From Endomicrobiales bacterium (GTDB taxonomy: Bacteria; Elusimicrobiota; Endomicrobiia; Endomicrobiales; JALOBY01): 64,000 bases of DNA. Position 1 is the first letter of the stretch. Each line of letters opens with the position of its first letter. Shown here in pieces: positions 1-11,945 of this stretch. The translations under genes and the position numbers were made by a program. The stretch is taken from the NCBI GenBank assembly GCA_963796955.1, contig CAWCNJ010000004.1:96001-160000 (forward strand). The letters run 5' to 3'. The notes below the pieces were generated by a model that was given only the letters and a program-made list of their open reading frames with translations, was not told the origin of the DNA and made no database searches.

Positions 1-1921
1 TACAAGACAGGATGGTCGAGTTGCTTGATAAACAAAATAGATGTGCATCACTGAAGCAAGAAAAGTCCAGTTTGCTTACAGAGAAGATCTATTTTGACGA
101 GCAATTTGTTAGACAGGGCTCTCCATGGCTTAGGAAGTTTTCTTTCTTTAAGTTAAATGCTGATCAAATTATTTCTCTGTTGATCCAACTTGAATTTGCG
201 GCTGAAAGGGAAATATTGTCTGGGCTTATGACGAGGTTTAAGGTCTTGTTTAAGTATGGAGCGTATGGGTTCCGTACGCTCATTTCTGATCTCAAAGCAA
301 CTGTGTTGTACTTAAAGAAAATGTATTATGACGAAAGATTAAATTCGCTTAATGCTGACATAGAAGCCATAGAAGCCGAGCTAAAAAATGAAAACTTTAA
401 CAAACTATTGTCAGAATGTAAAGATAGATCAATGGGATATTTTAAGGCAAAACTTTATGAACGATATTCAAACGCGATAACACGAGAAGTCTTCACCATA
501 GACAGTTACAGGAGTCGATTTGCCAGGTTTGTAAACGAGTATCCGGTTGTGTTAAGTACTAGTCATTCGCTGAGAAACTGTATAGAGAATAACTTTTTAT
601 TTGATTACGTTATTATTGATGAAGCTTCGCAAGTTGATATTGTGACTGGTGCTCTTGCAATTCTTGTGCGAGGAATGTTGTGATTGTGGGAGACTCAAAG
701 CAATTGCCGCAAATAATAACACGTAAACTGAAAGATGTTTGTACTGAAAGCTTCCGGCGATCGGGATTACCGAGTGCGTATGATTATGTCAACAATAGTT
801 TTCTGACCTCCTTTATCGAATTGTTTGGAGGTAGTATTCCAAAGACAATGTTAAAAGAACATTATCGTTGTCATCCGAAAATCATCGGGTTTTGTAACCA
901 AAAATATTATGATAATCAACTTATTATTCTTACCGAGCAAAACGAACGAGATGAGGTCTTTTCTATCCATAGAACGGTTCCAGGAAATCATGAAAGAAAG
1001 ATTGGCGGGAGCTTCTATAATGAACGCCAGATAGATGTAATATTTGACGAAGTCTTAAAGATATTAGTTGTAAAAGGAGAAGGAGGCAATATGGGAATTG
1101 TGTCGCCCTACCGTTTACAGGCTGAGAAGATAAAGAAGCGCTTAATCGATATGCCATTTATAGATTCCGATACAGTTCACAAATATCAGGGTCGTGAAAG
1201 AGATATAATGATCATGACGACAGTGGTCAGGAGAATGAATAATTTCAATGATGATCCTAATCTGATAAATGTTGCAGTTTCGAGGGCTATTTCGAAGTTC
1301 ATTGTAGTGATGGCAGACAAATTTGATTGTAAACATGGATCTAATGTGGGAGATTTGATTCGCTACATGAAATATAACTCTCGAGATGAGGATATAGTAG
1401 CAAGCAACATTGTTTCAGTGTTTGATCTTTTGTATAGCGACTATTCAAAAGCGCTGAGCGTAACAATGAGAAGCCTGAAACACGTGTCGGAGTATACATC
1501 AGAAAATCTGATGAACTCTGTGATTGAAGGAGTCTTGAGCATGCCTGAATTTAATTGTTTTAAATATGTCCTTCATGTTCCATTGAACTCTATTGTTAAA
1601 GATGCTGGCAATCTGACTGATGAAGAAAAGATATACGCGGGTAACATTCTGACGCATGTGGATTTCCTGATATTTAATAAGATGGATAAAAGTCCATCTT
1701 TAGTCATGGATAAAAGTCAGGCTTTAGTTGTTGAGGTTGATGGTGTTGCGTTTCATGAAAACAGTCAGGAGCAAACGGTAAGAGATGAAAAGAAGAATTG
1801 CATTTTGAATAAAAACAACATCCCTATATTGCGTTTTCGGACTAACGGAAATGGTGAGGAAGCTGAGTTGATTTCAAAGTTGAGGGAAATCAAGGAGGGG
1901 GTCAGGAAACTTGAAGTGTAA
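1..1921 (+). CDS. SF1 helicase (Upf1/DNA2-like, AAA_11/AAA_12) with C-terminal DUF2726/DUF559-like nuclease domain; 5' end outside window; frameshift at ~661 joins ORFs 12..683 and 680..1921
   Basis: Motifs FDYVIIDEASQ, IVGDSKQLP, LKEHYRCHPKII, GIVSPY, DTVHKYQGRERD, NVAVSRA; C-terminal HVDFLI...VEVDGVAFH...RD..KN..L..NIPILRF. Adding one T at ~661 gives the canonical ALAISCARNVVIVGD. Visibly AT-rich compared with the rest of the window. Confidence 0.85.
1682..1729 (+). repeat. 24-nt imperfect in-frame tandem duplication (MDKSPSLV / MDKSQALV)
   Basis: atggataaaagtccatctttagtc followed by atggataaaagtcaggctttagtt. Confidence 0.8.
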
Positions 1922-2033
1922 GACGTGATAAAATTGCCAACGTTTGCAAGTGTAGCAACTGACAAAACCGTGGATAAGACTATAAAAATACATTATAATT
2001 TCAAGTAATAATGAGTTCTTGGGATTTGTGATA

Positions 2034-3092
2034 ATGAAAAAAGTATTAGTTGCTATGTCGGGCGGGGTGGATTCTTCTGTTGCCGCGTACCTTCTAAAAT
2101 CTCAGGGGTATGAGGTGGTGGGGGTAACTATGCGCCTTTGGCATGGGAATGATGACAAGTATCTGCCGGGCGGGTGTTGCTCCTTGCAGGATGTTACGGA
2201 TGCACGGCGGGTTTGCGACAGCCTTGGTATAAAGCATTATGTGCTAAATATGGAGGAAGAGTTCAAAACCTGCGTTGTTGACCCTTTCGCCAAAGAATAT
2301 CTGCAAGGCCGCACACCTAATCCCTGTATAACCTGTAATGCAACAATGAAATTCGACCTGCTGCTGAAAAAGGCAAAAGGTATGGGCTTTGAGCTTATGG
2401 CCACCGGTCATTATGCCCGCATAGAGCAGGAGGATGGACAATATTTTTTAAAGCGCGGTATCGATCCCGGCAAAGACCAGTCATATGTGTTGTATTGCCT
2501 TACACAAAAAGAGCTTGCGCATGTTCTTTTGCCGCTTGGCGGCATGAATAAAACAGAGATCCGTGCCATCGCTGAACGGGAAAAACTGCCGGTTGCCCAT
2601 AAGCCCGATTCCCAGGAGATCTGTTTTGTGGAAGATGATTACGCCACATTTTTGCGCATGCATTACCCGGATGCCGAACAGATCCGGCAGGGTAATATAG
2701 TTGATGAAGCCGGAAAAATTCTTGGCAAACACAAGGGTCTGCCTTACTACACCATTGGCCAGCGCAAAGGTATGGAGATCTCGCACCCAACGCCGCTGTA
2801 TGTGCTTAAAATGGACATTCCTGCAAATGAATTGGTGGTAGGCCCCAAAGACCACGCTTATGGCACAGAATGCCTTGTAGAGCCTTGCACCTGGGTGAAT
2901 ACAGCGCCTACCGCAGCCATTGAATGCACCGTGAAGATCCGCTACCTTGCCACCCCAGCCCAGGCCACAATAACCCCATCGGGCAACACCATTTCTGTAC
3001 GCTTTGCAACCCCCCAATTTGCTATAACACCCGGTCAATCGGCCGTTTTTTATGATCAAGATACAGTAATCGGCGGCGGGATAATAATCTAA
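2034..3092 (+). CDS. mnmA: tRNA 2-thiouridine(34) synthase MnmA
   Basis: KKVLVAMSGGVDSSV PP-loop, GRTPNPCITCN, ATGHYAR, KDQSYVL, KPDSQEICF, YTIGQRKG, ITPGQSAVFY; ATG at 2034 preferred over TTG at 2019. Confidence 0.97.
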   Translation: MKKVLVAMSGGVDSSVAAYLLKSQGYEVVGVTMRLWHGNDDKYLPGGCCSLQDVTDARRVCDSLGIKHYVLNMEEEFKTCVVDPFAKEYLQGRTPNPCITCNATMKFDLLLKKAKGMGFELMATGHYARIEQEDGQYFLKRGIDPGKDQSYVLYCLTQKELAHVLLPLGGMNKTEIRAIAEREKLPVAHKPDSQEICFVEDDYATFLRMHYPDAEQIRQGNIVDEAGKILGKHKGLPYYTIGQRKGMEISHPTPLYVLKMDIPANELVVGPKDHAYGTECLVEPCTWVNTAPTAAIECTVKIRYLATPAQATITPSGNTISVRFATPQFAITPGQSAVFYDQDTVIGGGIII

Positions 3093-3113
3093 CCAAGTAG
3101 CTTATTCAAAATT

Positions 3114-3153
3114 AAAAAAAAACCGCACCCTGGGGGAAGGGATGCGGTTTTTT
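3114..3153. terminator. Bidirectional intrinsic terminator between convergent mnmA and porV-like genes
   Basis: A-tract + aaccgcaccc...gggatgcggtt stem-loop + T-tract. Confidence 0.85.
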
Positions 3154-3171
3154 ATTGTCTGATGGGTCTTG

Positions 3172-4104
3172 TTAAAACTTCGTTGAAATAGTAATTCTGT
3201 TAGTGTCGTTAAGTTCGCCCATGGGGACGAAGGCGTAGTCCAGCTGGATATCCCAGACGTGAACGCCAAAGCCGGTGCTGAGGCCCGCCATGCCGCCGAG
3301 TTTGTCTGAATCCATGCCCAGTGTGTAGCCCCCGCGGATGCTGACAATTTTTCCCATGTTGTATTCGGCGCCTACCTGGGTGTAGAGCCGTGTGTCAACT
3401 ATGTAATCATTAACGTCAGCGGCAACGACCAGGTTGTTATTGAAAAGGCGGTAGGCAAGGCCTGCCCGCACATCCATTGGCAGCGGGTCGCCCTCATCAA
3501 CGAATTTTACTTGCGTGCCAATGTTGTACACCCCAAGGCTTGCCGTAAGCTTGTCTATGGGAGTTTTGTAAAGGCCCGCCAGGTCCAGGGCGTACGATTG
3601 GGCGGATTTATCATCAAGGGTCTGACGGATGAATTTCAGATTTGCGCCAAGCGAGAGATTATCGCAAAACAATTTTTCCCGGCCGTAAGATAGGTACAGA
3701 GCCGAGTCGTTCGCGCCGAATGTACCGTCGTTAAGATCGGTATCCAGTGTCCTGCGCTCTATGTCCGTGACCGACAGATAGTTAAGGCCTATGCCCATTA
3801 CACCTTTGCACAGTTCCTGCGAGTACCCGATAAAACCATAATTTATGCCTTGAACGTACTGCGAATACGATGCTGTTGCCTGACGCGTTTTCTGCCCGCC
3901 AAGCCCCGCCGGGTTCCAGTAAATGGCGTCGGCGTTGTCCGCGATCGCAGAGAAGGCGCCGCCCATCGCGACCGCCCGAGCGCCCTGCCCGATCTTCAGG
4001 AACTGGGCGCCGGTGGTGCCCACGCCGCCTGCGTAACCTGCCGCTGTTACCGTTAACATCGCTGCCAGCACCGTCGAAAGAGTTTTCAAGTTGTTAGTGA
4101 ACAT
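3172..4104 (-). CDS. PorV/PorQ (FadL-like, UPF0164) family outer-membrane beta-barrel protein
   Basis: Signal peptide; GTTGAQFLKIGQGARAVAMGGAF...ADAIYWNPAGL; alternating beta-strands; DYAFVPMG; C-terminal Phe. AGGAGG at 4111-4116 (minus strand) supports the ATG at 4104. Confidence 0.88.
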   Translation of the reverse strand: MFTNNLKTLSTVLAAMLTVTAAGYAGGVGTTGAQFLKIGQGARAVAMGGAFSAIADNADAIYWNPAGLGGQKTRQATASYSQYVQGINYGFIGYSQELCKGVMGIGLNYLSVTDIERRTLDTDLNDGTFGANDSALYLSYGREKLFCDNLSLGANLKFIRQTLDDKSAQSYALDLAGLYKTPIDKLTASLGVYNIGTQVKFVDEGDPLPMDVRAGLAYRLFNNNLVVAADVNDYIVDTRLYTQVGAEYNMGKIVSIRGGYTLGMDSDKLGGMAGLSTGFGVHVWDIQLDYAFVPMGELNDTNRITISTKF

Positions 4105-4140
4105 CGTAATCCTCCTCGTGAATTTCATTTCGACGATACC

Positions 4141-7100
4141 TTATTTGATCAACGCCATTTTAATTACTTTCTTCTGGGTGCCTATTTCGGCGACGCACAG
4201 GTAGACGCCGCTGGCGCATTTGCTGCCGCTACCGTTACAGCCGTCCCAGTCGATATAGTAGTAATAGCCGCCGTCAACGCCGCCGGTCAAAATGTCGTTG
4301 GCGTTAAGCTCGCGCACCATTTCACCGGCAATGTTGTAGACCCGGAAGCGGGTTTTCACGCCCAGGCCCATGCTGGCGGGAACGGCAAACCGTATGACCG
4401 TGCCTTTGGTGGTTATCTGCCCCAGGCTGCCGCCGCGATTAAGTGCAACGGTCTTGCTCTGCAGGTTGAAGGGGTTCGGCACGTTAAAGACTTCGATGAT
4501 GTCGCCGGTAAATGCAAGGCGGGCCGGTGTTTTAGAGACCACGAATACGCCGGTTTGGTTGGACGCTGCGACCGCCTTTTGCGCGGGGTTCAGCTTGTAC
4601 TCGCTGCCGTTAAACCGCGCCATGGACGCTCTTTTAGGCGCCGGGTTTGAGCCGGTGGCATTCGCGATCGACGGTATTTCAATCGATACCGTGCCGCTTA
4701 TAGGGTCCACCATGGGGATAGCAAGTATCGGCTCCCATTGATGCGTGGTTTCGTTATATCTGCGCACGCTTAAAGAATCTGTACCGTCGCCTACCAGGCT
4801 CGGGTCGTAGCCCAGCGTCAGGGTCATGGTCTTGTCTTCGTTTTGCTGCGAACCGTTCAGGTCCATATCCACGTGGTAAATATCTCCGCCCAGTGCGTCT
4901 GCGTCCATGCCCGCGGCAAAGGAAGAACCGACGTGATTTTCCTTATTTATCGTTAATTGCGGTACAGAGCCGTCGGCGAGCGTAACGGAACCAGGGCTGA
5001 TATAGATCCCGGAAGTATCGTTGCCCTGGCTGTCCAGCACAACATCGCCGCTGGCAACCGCTTGCTGGTCTATGCTTGCTATCGATTGCGCCAGGTTCCT
5101 GGGGTCATACGCCACATCCGCCGTGTTCGTTGCGCCGCCGTCGTTGATAGTGAAACGGACCGCGTATGCCTTCGTTTTGTCCGCCAGGGTAACAGAATAC
5201 GTTTTATCGCCTATCTGGGATACGGTAAGGTCGGCTGCAGCTGTTTCACTGTAAGCCGTGCCTTCGTTGAATCTGGCTGTCAGCGAAACCAGTTTTTTCG
5301 GGCTGCTGCCTTGCAGTGTTACCGAGCCGTCCGTATTGGGGCGGGCGATAATGTCAACCTTGGGCGCTTTTGATTTGTAGGTAAAATCTATCCCGGTTGC
5401 CGTTGAACCGGCTGAGGCGGGCACCGCCGGCGAGGGCGCGTAAACCTGCACCGCTTTCCCAGGCACCACCAGCGCTACTTTATAGGTATGGCCTTCAATG
5501 ACGGGTGAGATAGTGTATATACCGTTATTATCGGTGGACACTTCGTAAATAGGCAGTTCCTTCGCAGGGTCCAGGCCGTTGGCGGTATCGTCGTATGCCA
5601 CAACGTTCGCGCCCGATACTATCAGCGGATAGGGGAATTGCTGCGAATACACCGTGCCGGTTATAGAGCCCGCGCAGGGAATAAGGGTGAAATTAGAGAT
5701 CTTACCCTCATTGGATATAACCACTTTGTCCGCGGCCAACGCGTAGCCTGCGGCTGTTACCGTCAGGCGGTATACGCCCATCGCAAGGCCCGGTATCAGG
5801 AATGTTCCGTCCGTCTGGGATTTTACCGTGCGGTCCAGAAGCCTGCCGCGTATGCGGATAATGGCGTCGGCGACCGGTTGTCCGCCGGAATTGCGCAGAG
5901 CGCCTGTTATCTGTTGTCCGGCCCCCGCATCATTGTCCATATCTACATTTACGGAGCCGGGTATAGCAACGGTGCGCAACAACGGCGGATAATTCGGTGT
6001 GGTAAAGATAAGTTTTACCTTGTCTTTTGCCGGCAGGTAATTGATGCCGTACGACATCTTGTTCATATAGCCCTGGATGCGTTTTATGGCAACAGGGTCG
6101 GCGGTGCTGCCGCCGCCGTCAAGGCCCGTCTGGCGGATTATCTCAGGCGTCGGTGTGACCATGCCGGTTGCCATTATGTTGCCGTCCATATCCATCACCG
6201 TAACGCGCGGCACGTATGATATGAAGTTGTTGAAGTTCGATGCTATCACCTGCATATCGGCATCGCGGATGGTATTAACGCCGGCATACGTGCCGGACAA
6301 CCTGTTTGCGCCAATGCTGACCGTTACAGGGATGAACTGGCAGCTGACCATGTTCATGGTCGACCCATTTTGCGCATATTGATCGGTTTGCTTAGAAAGG
6401 TCTATAACGACGTTCTTTGCCCTGCCGATAATGACCTTGGCGTAATTGGTATCAAATTGCGGGAATTGTTTTTCGTAAACCAGGTAGAAGTTGTAGGCGC
6501 CCGGCTCTAACGATACGTCCTGGAAGTTGCCGCCCCAGTAGTTTATGGTGTTGTCCTGGCTGCCGCCCTTGCCCATCTGAAATATGGTGTCCATGTTTTT
6601 TGCGTTCAGCGATATGCTGGCAGGGGTAAACACGATGCTCAGGTTGCCGCTCTGCATGCCGGTCGCGGGATCCTGGGTAAGAGAGGCTTTTATGTCGGCC
6701 GGCAGATCGGCTGAGAGGGTCGGGTGCACTTTAACGCCTTTATGGAGCGGTATTTCAACGGTGGTCGTAGATCCGGCCACGACGACAACATTTTTCATGT
6801 AGGCGGTGGCATAGATATACGAATTGCCCCAGCCGTTGGTTTGCAGATCGTAGTTGCCGGGCAGAAGCCCCTCTATTCTGAAAGAGCCGTCTTTATCCAC
6901 CTGGGCGGAACCCCAGGTATTGCTGTCGTTGTTATTGGCATTGATGTTTACGTTCATCATGTTCATACCGTCCAGCGTGGGTGTCAGTATGGTGCCGTTA
7001 GGCAGGCGGCAAACACCCGTGATGATACCTGCCGGCGCCATGGTAAGATTTGCCGTTACCGTCGGAACAGTTGCGGAAAGGCGGATATTCTCGTTGGTTC

Positions 7101-8867
7101 TTGGCCCGTTCGTATTCGGTTTCAAGCCAAAACCGGGGCGCTTACCGACAAGTTATAGACGGTGTTTGCAAGGCCTGTGATACTGTAGTTGTACACATTG
7201 GCCGAAACTCTGTCTGTGGTTTTCAATACCGTAAAACCTGATTTCGGCTGGGTCATGCCGCCGCCGCTGGTGTTTTCGTTCGCGACGATAAGCACGCTGG
7301 CAGGGTCAATTTCCGTAGAGGAACCCGTAAACGTTATCTGACCGGCGATCGAATTCGTTCCGTCCGGTGTTTTGGTGATGGTTATGATCAGGTCTTTCGT
7401 GGTATCATTATAAACGGTGGAAGCAGCAAGGCTGTTTGTGGATGCCGCCTGAAAAACCCTTGCGTACGCGTATTCGTTCGGCGTCGGGTTTGTGGTATCT
7501 ATCTGCACGATCAAATCGTTTCCCCATCCATTGCTCGATATGTTCCATTGATTAGATTCAACGGCTGCCACGCCATCAGCACCATTGTTGAAGATCACCG
7601 GCTGGTTGCTAAACTGGCTCCAGAGATTCAATGTATACCTGCCTGAGCTTAAACCCTCCAGCACGAACGACCCCTTGTTTATCTGGGTCCCTGCGTTTCC
7701 CATTCCCTGGTTCCTATCATAGCCGGGGCCAGGGTTATTTGAGGTGCCGTAATTATGTCCATCGCCCCATGCGTTGATCCATGCCTGCGGTATTGGGATA
7801 AGAGTGTCACCGAATTTAATGTTAACTATCCCTTTTATTCTGCCATGTGCGGCTGCCATAGGTACTATCAGTGTCCTGGTGCCGCCGGGATTAGTTGTGG
7901 TTGAGATCCAGGTCCCGCTATAGCCGTTTTTATTGAAATTTACTCCGTATTGTACGCCGTTGGCGAAGTATTTATTTGTGGCATCAGCATTTTCGTAGAA
8001 GGCAAAATAGCCGTTTTGGTCAGTTTGCGTGTTGAAATTAATAGCTGTCGCCGCCCCCATACTGTTTATGTTTACATTCACTCCTTCAATTCCGTCACTT
8101 CCCGGACTTTTTAAAGGGTCGATCACACGGCCTTCTATGGCGACAGGACCCAATTTCTCATCAGAAACTATCTGTCGGGTAGGTGGAGCCATTCCTCCGC
8201 CTGTGGATGAAATGTTCAGGGCAGCCGGTGTTGTATTGGTGCCGGCGCCGGGTTTGTTTTCAACGTCCTCTCTGCCGCCGCGCGGGTTTGCCGGATCCGG
8301 CTTAAAGACGTCCAGCTGAAAAGGCATATCTTCGCTGCTTACCGGGGCGCTATAGATAAAAGCTGTCTGGGATGCCCCATTGCATTTCAGGTACCCCATG
8401 CCGGATTGTTCCATAGTCCCTTTATTGGTAAGATTAAGGAATATAAGTTTACCGTTATCAATGTCGTGAACCACGGTTACCTGAATATCGCGGACGCTTT
8501 CTGTAGTAACCTGGTGCACTTGAATAGTTTTTGCCGCATCCGCTGAACCCATGTACACGGATGATGTCCAGTTCATCATTTGATCCCTGGCTGAGGGAAG
8601 GTAGCCTTGGCCAACGGCCATTATCTGGTAATTTCTGTTCGTCTCAGAAGAAGCGAATACGAACGAAGCCTGCCCGCTTCCATTGACAGGTTGCAGCTGC
8701 GCCCCCACCGGCCCCATGGAACTGAAGCTGACGGCCACTACGTCAATGCCGGTGGTAATGGCGGCGCCGGTCTGGTTGGTTACGGTGACGGTAAGGGTTG
8801 CGCTCCAGGCCGCGCAAGGCAACAGGGCGGCTACAATTAAACTACGCAAAAGAGTACACATTTTCAT
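4141..8867 (-). CDS. ~1575-aa exported protein with carboxypeptidase-regulatory-like (SSF49464-type) Ig folds and a C-terminal T9SS-CTD/FlgD-Ig-like domain; frameshift at ~7135 joins ORFs 7122..8867 and 4141..7125
   Basis: Signal peptide MKMCTLLRSLIVAALLPCAAWSA and GGGAGG RBS. Repeated ITG.V...G.F.I.GL..G.Y.L motifs. C-terminus VFNVPNPFN...RVYNIAGEMVREL...WDG...ASGVYLCV...KMALIK. One extra base in the G4 run at 7135-7138 gives SAPGFGLKP read-through. Confidence 0.8.
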
Positions 8868-9026
8868 GGCATCCTCCCGAGGATTTGCTGCGTGGCCTTA
8901 GTTGGGTCGCGGGGAATTATTTGCGATATTAGCATAATATGAAATATTGGAAACGTCAATAGTTTATTTTTCGGTCAGGAAATGGTATGATTACGCGCTA
9001 GTAAACACTATATCAGGAGAGTAAAA

Positions 9027-10328
9027 ATGGCAAAGATCAAGAAAGTTGTCGGCCGTGAAATTATCGATTCGCGCGGTAACCCTACAGTTGAGGTTGATAT
9101 TATATTGGACAATGGTACGCTTGGCCGTGCGGCGGTGCCTTCCGGTGCCTCTACCGGCGAGCGCGAAGCGCTTGAGCTGCGTGACGGCGACAAGAAACGC
9201 TACATGGGCAAAGGCGTTCTTAAAGCAGTGGAGAACGTTAACAAGATACTCGGACCGGCGATAGTCGGCATGGAAGTTACCGAGCAGCAGAAAATAGACG
9301 GAGTTATGCTTCAGCTTGACGGTACGGACTTTAAGAGCAAACTCGGCGCCAATGCGATCCTGGGTACCTCAATGGCCATTGCGCGTGCCGCCGCCGCCGA
9401 CCTTAAAATGCCGCTGTACGAATATATCCGCAAAGCCTTCAGCATCCAATCCAATGAATATATCCTTCCCGTGCCTCTTATGAACATCATCAACGGCGGG
9501 GAACATGCCGATAACAACGTTGACCTGCAGGAGTTCATGATAGCCCCGGTAGGCGCCACCTCTTTCCGTGAAGCTTTCCGTATGGGAGCCGAGGTTTTCC
9601 ACAACCTTAAAAAAGTGCTTAACAGCAAAAAATACGCTACCGGCGTCGGCGATGAAGGCGGTTTTGCCCCGAACCTTGGTTCCAACGAAGAAGCCCTTTC
9701 CGTTATAGCCGAAGCCGTAAAAGCTGCTGGCTACGAGCTTGGCAAAGACATTTTGCTTGCCCTTGACGTCGCGGCCTCCGAGCTTTACGACGGTAAAGTC
9801 TATACCCTTGAAGGCGAGCAGAAGGATAAGGTTAAGACCTCCGAGCAGATGGTGGCCTTCTACGCTGATCTTATGAAAAAATATCCGATCATCTCCATTG
9901 AAGACGGCCTCAGCGAAAAAGACTGGGACGGCTGGAAGAAGATGACTGACAGCCTTGGCAAAAAAGTGCAGCTGGTCGGCGACGATATTTTTGTTACCAA
10001 CACCAAAATATTCGCCGAAGGCATTACAAAAGGCATAGCCAATTCCATCCTTATAAAAGTTAACCAGATCGGTTCGCTTACCGAGACCGTCGCCGCTATT
10101 CAGATGGCTTATAAGGCCGGCTATACCGCCATATCTTCTCACCGCTCCGGTGAGACGGAAGACTCTTTCATCGCCGACCTTGCCGTCGCCCTTAACACCG
10201 GCCAGATAAAGACCGGCTCGGCCAGCCGTACCGACCGTATCTGCAAATACAATCAGTTGCTGAGAATAGAAGAAGAATTGGGCTCAAAAGCCTCGTATCT
10301 TGGAAAGAAGGCCTTTAAACAAGCCTAA
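9027..10328 (+). CDS. eno: Enolase (phosphopyruvate hydratase)
   Basis: [75 protein letters not shown]. Confidence 0.99.
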   Translation: MAKIKKVVGREIIDSRGNPTVEVDIILDNGTLGRAAVPSGASTGEREALELRDGDKKRYMGKGVLKAVENVNKILGPAIVGMEVTEQQKIDGVMLQLDGTDFKSKLGANAILGTSMAIARAAAADLKMPLYEYIRKAFSIQSNEYILPVPLMNIINGGEHADNNVDLQEFMIAPVGATSFREAFRMGAEVFHNLKKVLNSKKYATGVGDEGGFAPNLGSNEEALSVIAEAVKAAGYELGKDILLALDVAASELYDGKVYTLEGEQKDKVKTSEQMVAFYADLMKKYPIISIEDGLSEKDWDGWKKMTDSLGKKVQLVGDDIFVTNTKIFAEGITKGIANSILIKVNQIGSLTETVAAIQMAYKAGYTAISSHRSGETEDSFIADLAVALNTGQIKTGSASRTDRICKYNQLLRIEEELGSKASYLGKKAFKQA

Positions 10329-10337
10329 AACCGTTAC

Positions 10338-10610
10338 ATGAAATTCAAGCCAGGAAAATGGTTCATAGTTATCGCTGCGGGTGTCATTGTTGTGTTACTT
10401 GCCAACAATGGCGCCCGCAAGATATACCAGCGCTATTGGGAGCTGAACACACTCGGCGACCAGCTGCGCCAGGCACAGAAGGAAAACGTACTTTTGCGTA
10501 AAGAGATATATTTTCTGGAGAACGACCCTTCCTACATAGAAAAAATGGCACGACGCGAGCTGGGTCTCGTTTCAAAGGGCGAGATAGAGTACCGGTTCAA
10601 AAAGCAGTAG
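10338..10610 (+). CDS. ftsB: Septum formation initiator FtsB/DivIC family protein
   Basis: Single TM, coiled coil, YIEKMARRELGLVSKGE; conserved position after eno. Confidence 0.9.
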   Translation: MKFKPGKWFIVIAAGVIVVLLANNGARKIYQRYWELNTLGDQLRQAQKENVLLRKEIYFLENDPSYIEKMARRELGLVSKGEIEYRFKKQ

Positions 10611-10625
10611 TAAGCCGGAGGATAC

Positions 10626-11945
10626 ATGAGAGTTATACTTGTTCTTTTACTGTTACTGGCCCCCGCGTATTCTTACGCCAATGACCCTGTAACCGCGCCC
10701 TTGACGCCTCCCGCCGATCAACAGCAATCTACCCAATGCAATTCCCTTCAGACGGTAAAAGAAGCGGAAATACTGTACCGCAAGGCACTGGCAAGCTTCG
10801 GGAAAGGTAACCAGCAAAAGGCCCGCGAGTATTTCGGGCAGGCCCTTCAACGCCTTGCCTCGATGGACGCCGACCCCGCCATTTGTAACGGTGCCCACGA
10901 TGAATTCGATAAACTTTTCGCCAAATTGAACGATACTCTATATAAGCAGTCGTGCGCTGTCGGCCCCGTGCACCACTTCGCGATGTTCGACCCGAAAGAC
11001 AATGATGTCGTGCAAAAATATTTAAGGATCTACAGCGACGAAGCCAAACCCAGGGTGCAGAAGGCGCTTGAAGCCTCTATGAAATACCGCGGCATGATCA
11101 TGGAAACCCTGCGGGAAAATGATATGCCCGAAGAACTGGTTTTCCTGCCGGTCGTGGAAAGCCTGTACAATAACGACGATGTTTCTTCCGCGGGCGCCGT
11201 TGGTTTGTGGCAGTTCATGCCGAAACAGGCGCGCGCCCAGGGCCTGAAAGTCGATTATTTCATCGACGAACGCAAAGACCCGGTGAAGGCTACCCGCGCG
11301 GCGTGTAACTATCTGCGGGACCTCTACGCGATGTTCGGCAACTGGCCGCTTGCCCTTGCGGCCTATAACAGGGGGGAGAACGGACTTGGACGCGACATGC
11401 TTTTTTCGCAGGCGGCAGGCCTTGACGAGATGGTAGCGCGCAGGTCGGTGCCCAGAGAAACAGAAAATTACGTGCCGCAGTTCGTGGCCGCTTCCCTGAT
11501 AGGAACGGAGCCCGAAAAATACGGCTTTAGACTTAATTATGAGCCTGCGTTAACGTACGATGAAGTGCAGATAAACAGCGTTATAGGCCTGGAAGTGATA
11601 GCAAAAGCCGCCGGTTGCGAGGTGGACGACCTGCGGGATCTTAACCCGCAGTTACGTGCCTGGTGCACGCCGCCGGATTACCCCGATTTTGCCCTGCGCC
11701 TTCCCGCCGGCACCAAGGCCGCTTTTACCACGAATATCGCCCTGGTAAAAGACCTGAATCCATCCAGAGGCTTTGTGAAATATAAGGTCCACAAGGGTGA
11801 TGTGCTGGGCAAGATAGCAAAAAAATACGGCGTTTCTGTCGCCTCTATCCGGGAACTGAACAAAATGAAAAAAGACCGCGTGCTTTCAATAAATCAAGTG
11901 CTTCTGATACGGCCGGGCCGGAAAGCCCTTGCTAAAAAATCGTGA
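10626..11945 (+). CDS. MltD-like lytic transglycosylase (SLT domain + LysM)
   Basis: Signal peptide; LPVVES catalytic Glu, SSAGAVGLWQFMP, DERKDP, LALAAYNRG, PRETENYV; C-terminal LysM YKVHKGDVLGKIAKKYGVS. Confidence 0.92.
   Translation: MRVILVLLLLLAPAYSYANDPVTAPLTPPADQQQSTQCNSLQTVKEAEILYRKALASFGKGNQQKAREYFGQALQRLASMDADPAICNGAHDEFDKLFAKLNDTLYKQSCAVGPVHHFAMFDPKDNDVVQKYLRIYSDEAKPRVQKALEASMKYRGMIMETLRENDMPEELVFLPVVESLYNNDDVSSAGAVGLWQFMPKQARAQGLKVDYFIDERKDPVKATRAACNYLRDLYAMFGNWPLALAAYNRGENGLGRDMLFSQAAGLDEMVARRSVPRETENYVPQFVAASLIGTEPEKYGFRLNYEPALTYDEVQINSVIGLEVIAKAAGCEVDDLRDLNPQLRAWCTPPDYPDFALRLPAGTKAAFTTNIALVKDLNPSRGFVKYKVHKGDVLGKIAKKYGVSVASIRELNKMKKDRVLSINQVLLIRPGRKALAKKS

Noticed and set aside
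1969..1999. DnaA box or promoter upstream of mnmA
   Set aside because: Only a single mismatched box (cgtggataa) and a weak -35; not enough to call.
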